From: Lama guanicoe
Lineage: Eukaryota
Assembly (NCBI GenBank): GCA_013239625.1
Contig: MU053482.1
Coordinates: forward strand, 1,897,168 to 1,961,167
DNA: 64,000 nt
Direction: 5' to 3'
A program made the translations under genes and the position numbers. The notes beneath the pieces are model-generated. The model saw only the letters and a list, made by a program, of their open reading frames with translations. It ran no database searches and was not told where the DNA came from. This document shows positions 37,770 to 51,460 of the stretch, in pieces. The stretch's first letter is position 1; each line of letters starts with the position of its first letter.

Positions 37770-38260
37770 CAAGACATGAAATATACATGCCCTTTCACCA
37801 TCCCCTCCACATCGGGAATTTATGGAAAGGAGTTAATCACACAAACGAGCACTGTGTGGTAGGAGATCTGTCACAGGGCTGATTGTCACAGCCAAAAGTC
37901 ACAACACCTGTGTCCACAGGTATGTGATGGCTTGTCATGGGGCAAATGGTCCTACTAGGCCGTCATACAATAACAGTGACATAAACCTGTAGTTATTACC
38001 ATGGAAAACGTCCATTGTACACTGTTTTGGCAAAGCTGTAGGCTACTAAAGTGCATTTATAATATGTCATTTACATAAAATCACACTCACTGAGAGAGTG
38101 AGAGACGGGAAGTAGGCTCAAGAGATGGATGTCTTGAAGTTAGCAAAATGTTAACAGTTATTATCTCTCAGTGGTGAAATCTCAAGTGATTTCTTTAGCT
38201 ACCTTTTTGCACATCTTTGTGGTGTTTGAATTTTCCTTTTATATATATTATATATACATG
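37770..38260 (+). mobile_element. Highly diverged L1ME-type 3' fragment
   Basis: 'catgccctttcaccatccc...ggaatttat', 'caaaatgttaacagttattatctctcagtggtg'. Confidence 0.55.
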
Positions 38261-39399
38261 CCAACAGACACAAACCTACATATATATATATATTTATTAA
38301 AATCAGAGAGTCTGAGGTGTGATTGGATGGAGGGCGCTGACTGGAAGGCTGCAGAGAGGCCGGCTCTCGGTGTGCCAGGGGCTGCTGGAGGGGCTGGTGG
38401 GAACTTCTAACCTGAGATGGCCCAGTAGGAGCCTCCAGGGAGCAGGAGAGCTGAGCGAGTCCTGCCTAATGAAACTGCTTCTTGATTTGTGTGGAAAGCA
38501 AGGCTATTTGGGGTGGAGGGGCGGGGTGTTGAGCAGAGGACAGATCTGGCCAGCAGGCCTAGCCTCTCTTTTCCTGCCCACCCCTCTCCTGCCCCTCCAG
38601 CAGGTGAGGGTACAACTGGCCTGTGTGTGGAGGGAAAGCCCCAGGGCTGGAGCTCCCTGGCCTGGGTTCCCATCCTGATGACCTCTATTTCTTAATTTGT
38701 AAAATTCTGAACTCCCAGGGCATGGAGACTCGTTAGAGGCTGGCCCAGCAAGGCCCCAGGACCTGGGGAGAAGCAGACAGCCCCCTGGACAGTTGAGCGT
38801 TCAGGCTGAAGTCTGGCCCACCTTGCTCAGGGGACCTCAGGGGTCATTTATGCCTGAGAGGCTAGAGCTTTAACCCCAGGGCCCAGCCCAAGGAGTGTGC
38901 AGACCAGCAGACCCAGCAGTCAATTCTGTGTGTCCCCATTTTCTTCAATGAGGACTCAGAGGCCTGGGTAGGTGACCCCAAACAGAGGCAGGTGTATGTT
39001 ATCTCTGAATTTCTGACACAGGGCCCTTTAGCTTTAGGGACAGAATAGCCTGCGGGCTCCAGCTGCAGCTGTGGCCAGTGAGGGCAGGAGAAGCCAGCCC
39101 AGACCACCTGCCCCTCCAGTGGGCCAGGTCTGAGGTTGGAGCTGGCTTGGGGGTGCCTGGAGCAGAGTTAAGGGGTACAGAAAAAACAGCCAATTCAGGC
39201 CTGAGACTTCAAAAGCTGAGAGTTTATACAACTCCTCGGTGCTTTCTCCAAGCCAGGCCTTGAAGGAAAAGTACAGGACAACATGGTGCAAAATGCTCCA
39301 TTTTTGAGGCCAAAGTATGGGGTCCAGACTTTTAAGATGGGACCTCACAGGGACAAATGGAACATCTTGAATTTCTTGTCAAAAAATTAACTGCTGGAG

Positions 39400-39803
39400 G
39401 CACATAAAAAGATGCTTATTATCTCTAGTCATCAGGGAAATGCAAATCAAACCACAATGAGATAGCACCTCACACCGGTCAGAATGACTATCATCAAAAA
39501 GACCACAAAAAACAAATGTTGGCAAGGATGTGGATAAAAGGAAAGCCTTATACACCGTTGGTGCAAATGTAAGCTGGTGCAGCCACTGTGGAAAACAGTA
39601 TGGAAGTTTCTCAGAAAACTCAAAATAGATCTGCCATATGACCCCGCAATTCCACTCCTGGGTATATATCCGAAAAAAACCCACTAATTCCAAAAGATAC
39701 GGGGACCCCAATGTTTATAGCAACATTATTTACAATTGCCAAGGTATGGAAGCAACGTAAGTGTCCATCACCAGAAGAATGGCTAAAGACGATGTGGTAT
39801 ATG

Positions 39804-39853
<50 letters not shown>

Positions 39854-40280
39854 ATGAAATACTACTCAGCCATAAAAGAGAACAACATTTTGCCATTTGT
39901 AGCAACAAAGATGGACTTGGAGGGCATTATGCTAAGTGAAATAAGTCAGACAAAGACAAATGCTGTATGATGTCACTTATATGTGAAATCTAAAAAATAC
40001 AACAAACTAGTGAATATAACAAAAAAGGAAAAGAAAAAAGCAGCAGACTCACAGATATAGAGGACACACTAGTGGTTACCAGTGGGGAGAGGGAGGGGTT
40101 AGGGGATTAAGCAGTACAAACTATTAGGTATAAAATAAGCTACAAGGATATATTATACAACAAGGGGAATATAGCTAATAATTAATAATAACTATAAATG
40201 GAGTATAACCTTTAAAAATTGTGAATCACTATGTTGTACACCTGGAACTTAAACATTGTACAGTAACTATACTTCAACTT
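39400..40280 (+). mobile_element. 5'-truncated, relatively young LINE-1 (ORF2 C-terminus plus 3' UTR) with perfect 19-bp TSD
   Basis: 'cagggaaatgcaaatcaaaccacaatgagatagcacctcacacc', 'ggacttggagggcattatgctaagtgaaataagtcagac'; AAAAAATTAACTGCTGGAG at 39381-39399 and 40281-40299. Confidence 0.95.
39807..39852. repeat. (AC)16(GC)7 compound microsatellite
   Basis: Read directly. Confidence 0.95.
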
Positions 40281-40677
40281 AAAAAATTAACTGCTGGAGT
40301 TGAAAATGAAGAAGACAAGGCAGCTCACTTGAAAAACGGGGCTGGAGAAAGACCCTGAAGCCCCGGGCAAGTGTGCTGTGCCCACCAGCATCTGATGCCC
40401 AAGTGCCCCCAGCCACAAGAAGTGGCTAGGAGGTGTGGTTCTGCCCACGGCTCAGCCATGGCTACAGTGACGGGGCCAAGTTTTAAGAGGCCTGTGACAC
40501 CCTGTGTGGTCCAGAGTGGGATGAACAGGAGACTGACGGGCCTAGAGACCATGAATTGGGATGAGGAGAGGAAAGAGCGAGGGAAGGAGCTGGGCTGTTT
40601 GTCGTGAAACAAAGCCAGGGCTGATGTTATCAGTTCTCCGTAGGGCTGACAGGGGCAGAGGACAGACCATGGGGGAG

Positions 40678-41129
40678 TGTGGTGGGTCGAACAATGTTTT
40701 CCTCACCACCACCACCACCACCAACCCCCGCCATTCATGTCACCTGGAGCCTCAGAATGTGACCGTATTTGGAAATAGGGAGGATCTTTGCAGTGTAATT
40801 ACTTAAGATCTCTAGATTAAATCATAGCCCTAATCCTACGACTGGTGTCCTTCTAAGAAGAGGAGAAGACACACAGAGACTTGGGGAGAAGACATGGTGA
40901 AGATGGAGGCAGAGATTGGAGCGATACTGCCACAAGCCAAGGAACACCAGAAGCCACCAAAAGCTGGAGGCGGTAAGGAAGGAAACTCCCCCTGAGGCTT
41001 CAGAGACTGCACGGCCCTGCCAGCACCTCAATTTGGACTTCCAGCCTCCTGAACTGTGAGAATAAATTCTGTTGTTTTAAGCTGCAGACTTTGTGGTCAT
41101 CTGTTTCACAGCCCAAGGAAACTGATACA
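40678..41129 (+). mobile_element. MLT1C-type MaLR solo LTR with 5-bp TSD GGGAG
   Basis: TG...CA; 'cagaatgtgaccgtatttggaaataggg', 'tggaggcagagattggagcgatactgccacaagccaaggaacacc', ends 'ggaaactgataca'; GGGAG at 40673-40677 and 41130-41134. Confidence 0.9.
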
Positions 41130-44100
41130 GGGAGAAAGCATGGGAGGAAGGTTTCAGAGTAACAAGAAGTCTTTTCTAATGGCTGCAATCACACAGGAGA
41201 GCAGATTGCCCTGTGAGGTCATGACCTGCCTGCTGCTGTGAGGGCTCAGGCCAGGCTCTGTGCATACCATCAGACCACTGCAGGGTGGAGGAGCCCCAGT
41301 CTGGAAAGTGGAGGGCTTCAGGTGACCCACATGGGTTTTTTAGACCAAGATCGGGTGTTCCTGGGCTGGCCCGAGGAGTGGGTGGCAGAGGGGGAGGGGA
41401 AACTTGCCCCATATTTAGCACTCTCACCCCACCTGGGCTCCCACATGAGCAGCAGACATCCCCATCTGTCAGGAAAATCCTTGCAACCTCAGCTTCCCAA
41501 TTAGAAACCAGTGGAAACGCAGGCACTCAGAAGAGGGGTCTGGGGACAGTGGCCTTTGGTGTTTGGGCGTTTGGGGTTCGAGGCCTGCTCCTCACCTAGC
41601 CTGGTCGCTGGCAACTTCACAGGCCTCGGTGAAGGGTGGCAGGTCTCGCATCCACAGTCTGCATGACTCAGAAAGGCTACCACCTCCCCAAGTGCCCCAT
41701 CCTGCACTCAGGGTCACCCACTGCAGGCCATTACAATGGCCCTGACCACCAAGAGCACATCTTCACTTTTAAAACCTCCCCTGGAAAAGGCGCACCATAG
41801 TCACATCTAAATGAGCTTATTCTGGTAACTGCAGAGAGCATGCAAGCCACGCAGCCAGAGAGGCCGAGACTAGGGCAGCCCAGCCCAGGCACCGGCCCCT
41901 CCAAGGGCTCCTCTCACAGGCCAGTCACTCTGGGGAGCCCTGAGTGGCCCTCAGGAAGGTGAGGGCTGGCGTGGAGGTAGCTAGGAGGGTTCACCAGGAA
42001 CCTGAGGGTCGGGGGAAGAGGGCTGCTTGGAGCAGGGGATTTGCACAGTAAGTGCTTCTGGCAGCTGCAGAGTCCATGCCCCTCCCCCCAGCGCCGGCCC
42101 AAATCTGAGGGCGTCCACTGACCTTGGCTGCGCCCTCGGCTTGGTGGACTGGGTTCTGTGCCACATGGTCTCTCACCCACCAGGAGGCTAATGTGGGTTC
42201 ATTCTGATGGGAAGGCAGAGGAGCAAGAGTGTGAGTGGAAGCACACGAGGCCTCTGAAGCTGCAGCTTAGAGTCACTCCCGCCATATTCGACTTGCCAAA
42301 GCAAGTCACGGGCCATCGGGGAGTGAGGGGCGGGGGAATAGACTGTAAAGCCACACTGCCAGGGCGTGGGTACCACATGCAGAGCCTAGCCGCACGTGGA
42401 TGCTGAGAAAGCTTCCCAGGTGATCTTGGTGAGACATTCCCACTGTTGCCCTCCTGGGAATCCAGAGATAAAGGCAGGGGGCAGGGGCAGTGCCCGGCAG
42501 AGGTGGGCAATGATAGTGTGAGGGCGGGGCTGAGGCCGGTCATCCCTGGGAGGAATATTAGGGAAGAAAGGCAGGGAACGGGCAGGAGGCAGGCTCCCCA
42601 CGGGAAACCCCGGATGGTCTCAGGTCCGATGGCTCTGATAGTCTCAGAAGCATCATCTGCTCACAAAGGCTCCACTGCCCCTCTTCACAGGGGCTCATCC
42701 CAGCTACGGAGGCCCAGGAGGCAGGAAGAGCCTCTGGCGCCTGGAGCCCCCGGAAGAGCACAGCTGTCCTGAGGCTGAAAGAACCCAAGCTGCTTTCCTC
42801 CTGGGCGTGTCGCAGGCTCCTGCCTTCCAGCAGAGGTGGTCAAGAGGGGCGGTGACTGCAGCCTCAGGAGCCCAGGGTCCTCCCCCTGTCACCACCATCC
42901 AAGTGTGCAGGCCCCTTCCTGGCTCTTAGCCACACACCACAGTCCTGTCCTCCTGTCTTCCTTCATCCTTGACCTCCTTACCAACGCCCAATGATGCAAG
43001 CTTTCAAGGTTGCTAACGCTCATACTCACGTGTGCCACCTGGCTCTCAGCTGAGCCCCCAGCTGCCTCAACTTTCAGTCACCCAGCCTGCGGGAGGGAGT
43101 CCAGAGGCCTCTCCCAGTATCCGGCGTTTCCCGTGTTTCTCTCTGCCCCTGGGCTCCACCACATTTCACACGGCCCTTAGGCCACCTGAGTCCACTCAGG
43201 GGCAATCAGAGCACAGAGCCAGCCCTTCTCTGGCTCCTCTCCTGCCCTTGCACTCAGGCACTTGGCAAGTTGGGAGGAGGGGCACCTCAACAGAGGCAGG
43301 GTATTTATTATTTCTTCTATGGGCTTTGTGCTTTGAAAGATTTTGTCACCCAAAAGCTTCAGGATGAATGTGGCCAGAGTCGTTCATCATAGGCAGAGGT
43401 GCTCTTTCCATTATATTCTTTGACACTCGAGAAGAGCCTGCAAATCCCATTACTGGCTTTGGAGCTCAGGTAGGAAGCAGCCCTGTTGTGTCAGGATGAC
43501 CTAGGGAGCTCAGAGGCCTGGGAGTGGGGCCAGGGATGGCCTGAGAGATCACCCAGGGCCCTCCCACTGTGCCCACTGCACATTTCCTCCAGGACATGTG
43601 ATGCTCCTCCCACAGACTCTGCCCCCGCCTGACCCCACATCCCACCTCATTTACACCCTTGTCCCCCCATCACACAAGGCTGAGTCCTTGGCAGGGGCTG
43701 TATGAGGGGACACTCAGGCTGCTCTGTCCTACCATGTCTGGGTGGGACCCCTGTGATTTGGACCTGGCTCTCATCACTTTGGACATGGGGCATGTTGCTG
43801 GGCAGCTGCTGCCACGGTCCCTGGCTCCCCAAGAGCTGTGCAGGGAAGCCACAGCCCTGGAGATAAAAGTGAGGGACAAGGGCCTCAGAGGTTACACTCT
43901 GGTTTTGAGGGTCACTTCTGAGCCTCTGCTTCCAGGCAAAGAACAGCATGTGGACAAGGACATATGTGAGCAGTCCTGGGAATTTTCAGGGACATTTGAG
44001 GAGGCGATCCTCTGACAAAGGCTCAGATTCCAGCTGGTACTGTAGGGAGAGGGCTCAGAGCCATCTGATTTAGGCACAGATGAGGCGGCGGAGGCTAGGG

Positions 44101-44654
44101 GACGTTCGGTTACTAAGACACACAGAGGATGCCCAGGCTCGTCCTGTCGGGAGGGCCCAGGACAGGTCCCACCTGAGGCTCCCAAAGCCTCTCCTGCCCC
44201 TCAATCCCACCCAGCAGTAGCTAAGCAATGAATGTATTCTCTGGCAAACAGGCTTATGATTCAGTTGGTGCCTTATTCCCCACTCCGTATCTCTCAGTGG
44301 ATAGTTAGAAAGATAGACACTTAAGGAAAACGAATTTGTCTTCCAGGGTGATCTCCAGGCTCTGAGCCTCAGGCTCAACCCAGGCACACCCTCTGCCGCT
44401 CCCTGCTGGCGGCATGCTGGGAAAGGGCTTTTCTGTGGTCACGGCAAATCCACCACAAGGATGTCAACAGGAGAATAAATGTGCTTCAGGGACGCATCAT
44501 CATTACAGTCTGTCCTAGTAAACTCAAACCAGGCTGCCCACAAATCCTTGCTAACAGGAACATGACAGGCCCCAGTGACTGGGGCCTGGTGTCCAGAGGA
44601 CCAGGGTTGGCAGGCCATACTGAGAGGCCTGAGTTCATTTTGGACGAGCTAGAA

Positions 44655-44925
44655 TGAAGGGCCAAGAAACATGTCATCTGAGGAGAAGTCCAAGAGAAAT
44701 GGAGATGTTTAGACGGTAGAAGGCTCCCAGTGCCATGGGGGTGAACTTCAGTTCCTGCGGGGCTGTTATGTGGCAGAAGGAGCAGACTTTATTTCCAAGG
44801 CGCAAAGAAGGAGCAGGTGTCAGTTAGTACGAAGACTTTTCGAGCACTGGTGTCTTTCTGGAGTGGAATTCACCTGCTTTAGAGGGTAGGGAGCTCCCAT
44901 CCCAGGGAGCATGTCATCAGAGGAT
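44655..44925 (+). mobile_element. L3/CR1 LINE 3' fragment
   Basis: 'ggagatgtttagacggtagaagg...gggctgttatgtggcagaaggagcagactt...gggtagggagctcccatcccagggagcatgtc'. Confidence 0.55.
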
Positions 44926-45469
44926 GTGGGTGGGGGTCCCTCCCCTGGGGGAGAGTTGGGCAGAAGGAACAGTGCAGATGGTCCGAGATTCTGCAAATCT
45001 GGGCTTCAGGAAGGTATCTGGTCCACCATTTCCTGAGTTACTGCTGGTGGGAGGCTATGAAATTACGGCAGCTATTGAGGGCTTGTTGCCTATCACTATT
45101 CCAGTTCGATTAACTAAGCACTAAGGAGGCTTGGCCACATCTCCTACGGAGACTTCTCCAAATAGCATTTCATGTCATCCCACTCCATTCTCATCCTTGT
45201 TCTTGCCAAAGTACAGTCACTGCCAGTCGCTGAGCGAGGGAGACAAGCTGCTGGGCGACCAAGATGGCGCCTTCGTGCCTGGGTCTCTCTGGGGCCCTGG
45301 GTTCTGCGAGCCCTGCCCAGTGTCCAGAAGCCCTTGTACACAACTCGCTGTCAACTCCGGGTCACTCTTCACATCCTTTTTCCGCTTGAGGCCACTTTCC
45401 CTTCTCTCATCCACCTTGATCCATTCCAACCATTAAGTCCAACTCAAGCAGCCATCTCCAAGGTCTGAC

Positions 45470-46268
45470 GGCATCTCAACTTAATATGACCAGGTGGAGC
45501 TCTTCATTTCACTGCCAGCCTGAACTTGGTCTTTCTCAGTGAGTGAAACCACCGTCAGTCTGGTAACAAAAACCAAAAGTCATTCTTGATCCCCTGCCCC
45601 CTTTGCTTCACGCTTCATATCTAATCCACCATCGGATCCCATCAATTCTATCTTCAAAACCTATTTCATATCCACCTACTTCTCTCCATCTTCTCTGCTA
45701 CCATCTTACTCAGTGTCCTCTAACCAGTCTCTCTGCTTCTTTTCTTGCTCCACTTCCAGTCGTTTGTTACACAGAACACACAGTAATCCTTTAATCAGAT
45801 GTCATCCCCCAGCTAAAAACCTGTTGATGGTTTTCTGCTGTGTTTAGAATAAACGGCTTCCTTCCTAAGGCTCCCAAGGTCCTGCAGGGCCTGACCCCTG
45901 CCTCTCACTCACCCCTGTCATCCTGGCCTTTGCACCAAGTCCTGGAACCCAACAAGCTCTTTCCCTGTCCCCTCTGCCTAAAGCATTCTTCCCGTTAGCC
46001 TTCAAACTTCCACAGAAGGCCCTAGGAGAGCGTTCCTATCCTGTTGTTCTCTGTCATAGCACTCTCTTTATTTCCTTTACTGCTCTAATCAAATACATAA
46101 CCATCCTACACTAGATCTACAGATCTCAATCATCTTTCCCCCTCCTGCAAGACTGCAAGCTCCTTAAGGGCCATTGCCCTTGACTGTCTTTTACGTCATT
46201 TTCTGTCCAGTGCCGATCCCAGTGCCTGGCACATAGTAGGTGGTCAGTTGTTACTTCTTGGATGAAAG
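45470..46268 (+). mobile_element. L2 LINE 3' fragment
   Basis: 'ggcatctcaacttaatatg', 'gtcattcttgatcccc', 'agactgcaagctccttaaggg', 'cagtgcctggcacatagtaggtggtcag'. Confidence 0.85.
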
Positions 46269-47539
46269 ACTGAGCCTCTCAATCCAGTTCTACTGAGTGA
46301 ACGTTCCTTATGCAACTCCTGGTCCTTCCTGCTGGGCTGCAGAGGGTGGTGCTGGTCCCCCTGGAGGGAAAAGGAGGCGTGGCAGTGGTCAGACTATTGT
46401 CCCCCTCCAGGCAAGTAAAGTGCACTGCAGGCAAGACATCCCTTCTGAGACTGAGTATTGGGGTGGGGGGCCCAACAACGGTTCATGGTCAGGGATTGTA
46501 TAGAAAACCTAGTGAGCAGAAAGTTGATATGAAACTTAAGTGGCTGAACAACTAAGTTCTACACCAACGGGAGGAAAGGTGTCAAGCCATGATCAGGCAA
46601 CTGTTTCTGGAGGGAAAACAACTCTTACAAAAAAATTACCAATTTCAATGGGCTGTGGAAGCTTTTCCACTAGAAACCCTTTCTACTAAAGTTCCAAAAC
46701 AGCAATGAGGATCCTGCGTAAGAACCCTGTCTCTTCTCTGGGGACTGGTAGCAGGCAGCAGACTGAGAGATGGGCGGTGGGGGGCCCTTGGCCACTGGGC
46801 TCCATTCCAGAGCAGGAGCTTGCCTCGTCCTGCACCAAAGGGGCTGGAGCCTTTGGAAACAATCTGTGCTCTTGGAACCAGGGAGCTGTCAGTATGACAA
46901 GGAAAATCACCATCCCACCTAGCACCATCTTAAAGAGGTAAGTGATGGCAAACACTAGAGATACAGGAGAGAGGCGAGGCGGAGAAATGGTCCAGCAGCT
47001 GACTTTCGAACTCTGTATTTTCAGCTGCACAGCTATGCATGCTACCTGATGAAGAAATATGGGAAATCGAAACATTATAGTGATTCTTAACCCCCACTGC
47101 CCTGCAATGGGAATTACAGCACTTGGCTCCTGGTAAGCATCAATCCATCATGTCTGCACAGACAGGGTGGCTCACGTGAGTACCTGAGCAGGCAATGGAC
47201 CTCTTTTCTCCCTTCTGTCAAAAACATATTCAAAGGCTTGTAAAGACTGCTCCTAGGAATGACCAGTTAGAGCACTTAGAACTTCTTTTATCATGCAAAG
47301 TCCTGCAGAATGCAGCTCTCCCTGGTACAGTGTGATTGGGTCTTATTCAAATTTGTCAACAAGCAATATAATCCATCTCCATTCTGAAACCTCAGGGCCC
47401 AAACTTCCTCAAATTATCTCAGCTTTTACTGGGAGACAGGATGTTCATGGACCACTTCACTTTTTGGAACTCTGAGGTGGAAGTTTCTAGCAGTCTCATG
47501 CCTGAACTACAAATGCCTTGAGGCACACTTGAGCCTGTC

Positions 47540-47742
47540 AGCGGGGTACAAACCTTGGTTCTGCTATTTCTTAGCTGTGTGACCCTGGACAAGTTTCTTA
47601 ACCTCTCTGCCTTAATGATTCCTCCTGTAGAGGTAATAGAACCAACTTCAGGTGTTGTAAGGATTACAAGAATCCGTGTGAAGTGCTCAGGTTGGTGTCT
47701 GGCATGTGGTAAGTGCTCTGTAGATACTGCTGCGATCATTAC
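47540..47742 (+). mobile_element. MIR SINE
   Basis: 'ttagctgtgtgaccctggacaagtttcttaacctctctgcctt'. Confidence 0.85.
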
Positions 47743-49214
47743 AGCATGACCCTAAAGAGGGGCTTTAGTTAAAAGACAGAGATCCCTTCCACTGATTCAG
47801 CTCAATGTTCAGCTAACAAATGGACTTCGGTCTCTAGTAAACTCAGTGTAAGCCAATGCCTGGACCAGGAAATTGCCACCTCCACAAGAGAGCTTCTTCC
47901 TCAGGGCCCAGGGAGGAAGTCAACTCATCTTCCACTTGCCTTGCCCCTAGTCAGACTGGAAATGCTGACTCCTGGGATCTTGCCATTGCCCCAGAGATGA
48001 AGATAACTTTCTGTGCTGATGAGAAAAGTCCTAAACAACAGCTTGATGTCAGGCTCTTGTCTGCGGAGCCTGCCATGGGTAAGAGGGTCAAAGAATATCT
48101 GTCTCCCAAGGGCAGGGAGATTTATGTAGCCTCTGTATTGATGCCAAGGATGTGTCTGGTCTGGAGATGCTGCAGAAGCCACTTGGGAGAAGTCTGTAAT
48201 GGGGGAGGGGGTTGCACTGCATCCATGGGCCTGTCCTCTGGGTCAGGCCAGGAACCACTGCCTGTTTTGGGGAGAAGGTCCTCTAAGGTCTTCACCTTGT
48301 GTTCACTGGATGTCTGGGATGGCACCAGGCAACCAAGAGGGGAGGCCTCTAAGATAGCCAGCGGTGACACTGCAATGCCTGTTAATCTTCCCAATGTTCC
48401 ACGGGCACTTGTGTGTTGCTGCTTGAGTGAGGGCCCTGGGACAGTAGTAGGAATGGCCACAGCTCCCGCCAAGGGCTGCTCCAGATAACTTACGGAAATG
48501 CAGAGAGAAGAGTTGATTCTACCAGCAACTGAGGAAGGTGGCCACAAGGAAGCAAGACTAACACGGAATATGGCCTTCCCTTGAAGAACAAAGGCAAAGA
48601 AAGTGGGCTCACCGATGAGAATTAGGTGATCACAAAGGACGGAGCAGAAATCAAAATCAATCCTGAGCCTGCTCACGCAGAAAAGTCCGGGATCCTGAAC
48701 AGTAACTGAACTATGTGAGCCCTCTGAATAGTGAATGTGTCACTTTAAGATGCTCGGTAAAGTGATTTTAGCATTTGTAGGGATGTTTTGCATGGCCCAG
48801 GGGACGTCTTGTCTTCAGGCTGTGGGTGCTTCCCCGGAACCTCTGCCGAGCCCCAGGTCCACAGTCAGGAGACAGCAAGGGCAGCTCCCACCCTAGGCTG
48901 TAGGTCCTCTCGGCTGTTACAAGTGAAGAGTTGCTTTCTTTCAGCTCCCAGAGGCCCCGGATGAAATTTAAGACTATACAATCTCAGGTCTATCTGGGCA
49001 ATGTAGATTTATCTTGCTCGGTGTAGGTTCCAGTCGCAGGAACATCACCCCTGTCTTCCCCTCCCTCGAACCCGAGGGCATTGGTTTGTTTCTGGAAGGA
49101 TTCATCTAGACTCTCTGCTCTTCACTATCATTTGGGAGGAGATTGGCAACCACACGCAAAGTAGCCCCAGGTCAAAACAAACACAGAATTGACAAGGAAA
49201 GGGTCTAGATCACC

Positions 49215-49620
49215 TTGGGTCACAAGAGGAGACAGATGGTGCACTCAAATGGGGTGGTTGAGAGCCTAACAAAGAGGCTACTTGTAAAAGCTCTGAGAGA
49301 GTTTAGGGAAACCCTTAAAGGAAGACATGTCTTGGCCTGAAGCGGCAGAGAGCTCAGCTGTGACGGGGGCTGCTGGCCCGAGCCAAGGCCTGTAGAAGGA
49401 GAACACAGTGAATTCCCAGCAGCCCAGCACTTGGGAATCAAGGCCTGGACCTCGCTCTCCCCACTCTGATGGCCTGCTGGTGTCTCCCACTGACAGAATC
49501 CCAATGAACCCAGAGGCCAAGGGAGCCTGTTAATGCAGTCCCTAAAGATCACCTATCAGGGTGAAGAGAGCAAAGCCGGGCAGAGAGGTTCTGGAGGGGA
49601 AGATAGACAATGCCCAGCCC
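49215..49620. mobile_element. ERVL LTR (LTR33/LTR41-like)
   Basis: 'gagacagatggtgcactcaaatgggg...cccagaggccaagggagcctgttaatgcagtcc'. Confidence 0.55.
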
Positions 49621-51315
49621 AGGGTCATTTCCCAGAGGCCACAGCTTCTTGGTCTCCAGCCAAGTTCAGCCATTAGGAGACACAACTTCCGTGGCCAATT
49701 TCAAAGCTCTGCTTACTGCTGGGAATGCATGTTTGAACAAAGCCTTTATTCTCTATTCCAACAGCAGGGCTGGAATTTAAAAAGCTTCATTTTCAAGACT
49801 GGCTGCTTTTGATCTTTCTAACCTGGAACTTACATTTTGGAGTCAAATAGAATTATTTAAACAAAGCATTTCAGTGATAAGCACAAAATGTTTTGAATTT
49901 TTTCTCCTTTCCCCTTTTGACACTACATAACATTCCTACTCAAAATGTAAGGACTATTCTGTGATCACATCTTACAACCAGAGCCTCTGTCAGCTTCCAT
50001 TTTCCCGGGTCTTTGTTTCTTCAGCCTGTGTCCTCATCCAGGGGTGCTGGCGTTCCGGCCATAGGAGGCCCGGTCCTACTGCAGCCTGGCCTGGGGCAAG
50101 GACCACTGCTCCGAGAGCACTTCCCTCCCCTGACTCCTGCTTCCGAGTTTGGCAGAACCACGTGTGTCAGCCAATCAGTGTTCCTTATTAATTATACTTT
50201 ACTCTCTTTTTGCTCCCCTGACTCCAACCCATTTTTCTTTCTTCTCTGATTTAAGTCCTTCTCTGACATCATCTTCTGTTCTCTGCAGCTGAACTTCCCC
50301 CAGCTCTAAGTCTGCATTTATCTTTTATTGTATTCCTCCTGCCTGGACTTGTCTGTTATGCGAATTGAGGTGTTGATCAGCGTTCGCATTCCTTGGAAAT
50401 AACACTCGCTGTGCACTGTCCTAGGAAGAGTATGTCCTTGTGGGTCATAACGGAGCCCAGCCCTCCATGCTGTGGTACAGAGGAGTGTCACAGTGATGGC
50501 TATCAGTGCCTTGGAGGTAGCCTATCCGTCACTGAAAACAAATCTGAAACAGTAGAGCGACTGTTTTCACAGCCATGAACGCAAATAGAGAAAGCAAGGC
50601 CACATATCTCTAGCTGTTAAAGAGGTACAATAGGTGGAAAAAAAGCTCAGACATGGCCTGGCCAAAGCATGTTCCAAAAAATAAATAACAAATAAAAGTG
50701 ATATGAAAATTCCCTTTAGAAAGGGTGAGCTAAGTTCCTATCAAAGTGATTCTATGTCAAATGAAGGTCCAGACAGAGGAGAGCTAATGGGATGCCCCTT
50801 AGGGCAGAAGGACAGTAGCCTGTCCCGGTGCAGACACGCTGAAGGGTTACAAACTGCATTTACCTTTCACTTAGTGCTTAGTTCTGGACCTTGGCTCAAG
50901 TGTACTGAGCAGACTCACTAATTTAAGACAGAAGAGAAAAGTAGCTAGAAATTTGGATGCGATGCAATTTAACAACAGAGTTCTCCGCTATGTGATACTG
51001 AAGACGGTCTTACAATGAAACAAAGAGCATTTTGAACAAAGGGAGCCCAGGGGATCGACAGAATCAAAGCCACCGTGCCAGCTTGGCTTTTCTATCAGGA
51101 GACCAGATGCCAGTCCTCACCTCTGCCTCCGGGAGTACCACTAGGAAAGGCAAACCTCCACTCAGCCCTGAAGCTGGCTTCTCCGCAGGTGAGCAGGACA
51201 CGCTCCTCAAAGCTGGCTCACTAATCCGGGAGAGGAGATGGTTTACAGGCTCCTGGTAGGACTGGACATAACAATTAGGAAGGACAGAAACTTTGAAGAA
51301 GTGGTCAACCCCAGT

Positions 51316-51460
51316 TTTTGTTTGTTTTTGGGGGGGGTGTAATTAGGTTTGTTTATTTATCTATTTATTTTTAACGGAGGTACTGCGGATTGAACCCAGG
51401 ACCTCGTGCATGTTAAGCACACGCTGTACCACTGAGCTATATTATACCACCCCCCCACCT
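51316..51460 (-). mobile_element. Camelid tRNA-derived SINE (Vic-1-like)
   Basis: 'ggaggtactgcggattgaacccaggacctcgtgcatgttaagcacacgctgtaccactgagctata' is the reverse complement of the tRNA-like head; same 'taattagg' tail as the 23-kb copy. Confidence 0.85.

Noticed and set aside
39379..39970. ORFs within the young L1
   Set aside because: Fragmented ORF2 tail and antisense frames of a 5'-truncated element
47856..48676. Overlapping 210-aa and 184-aa ORFs on opposite strands
   Set aside because: No recognisable homology; consistent with chance
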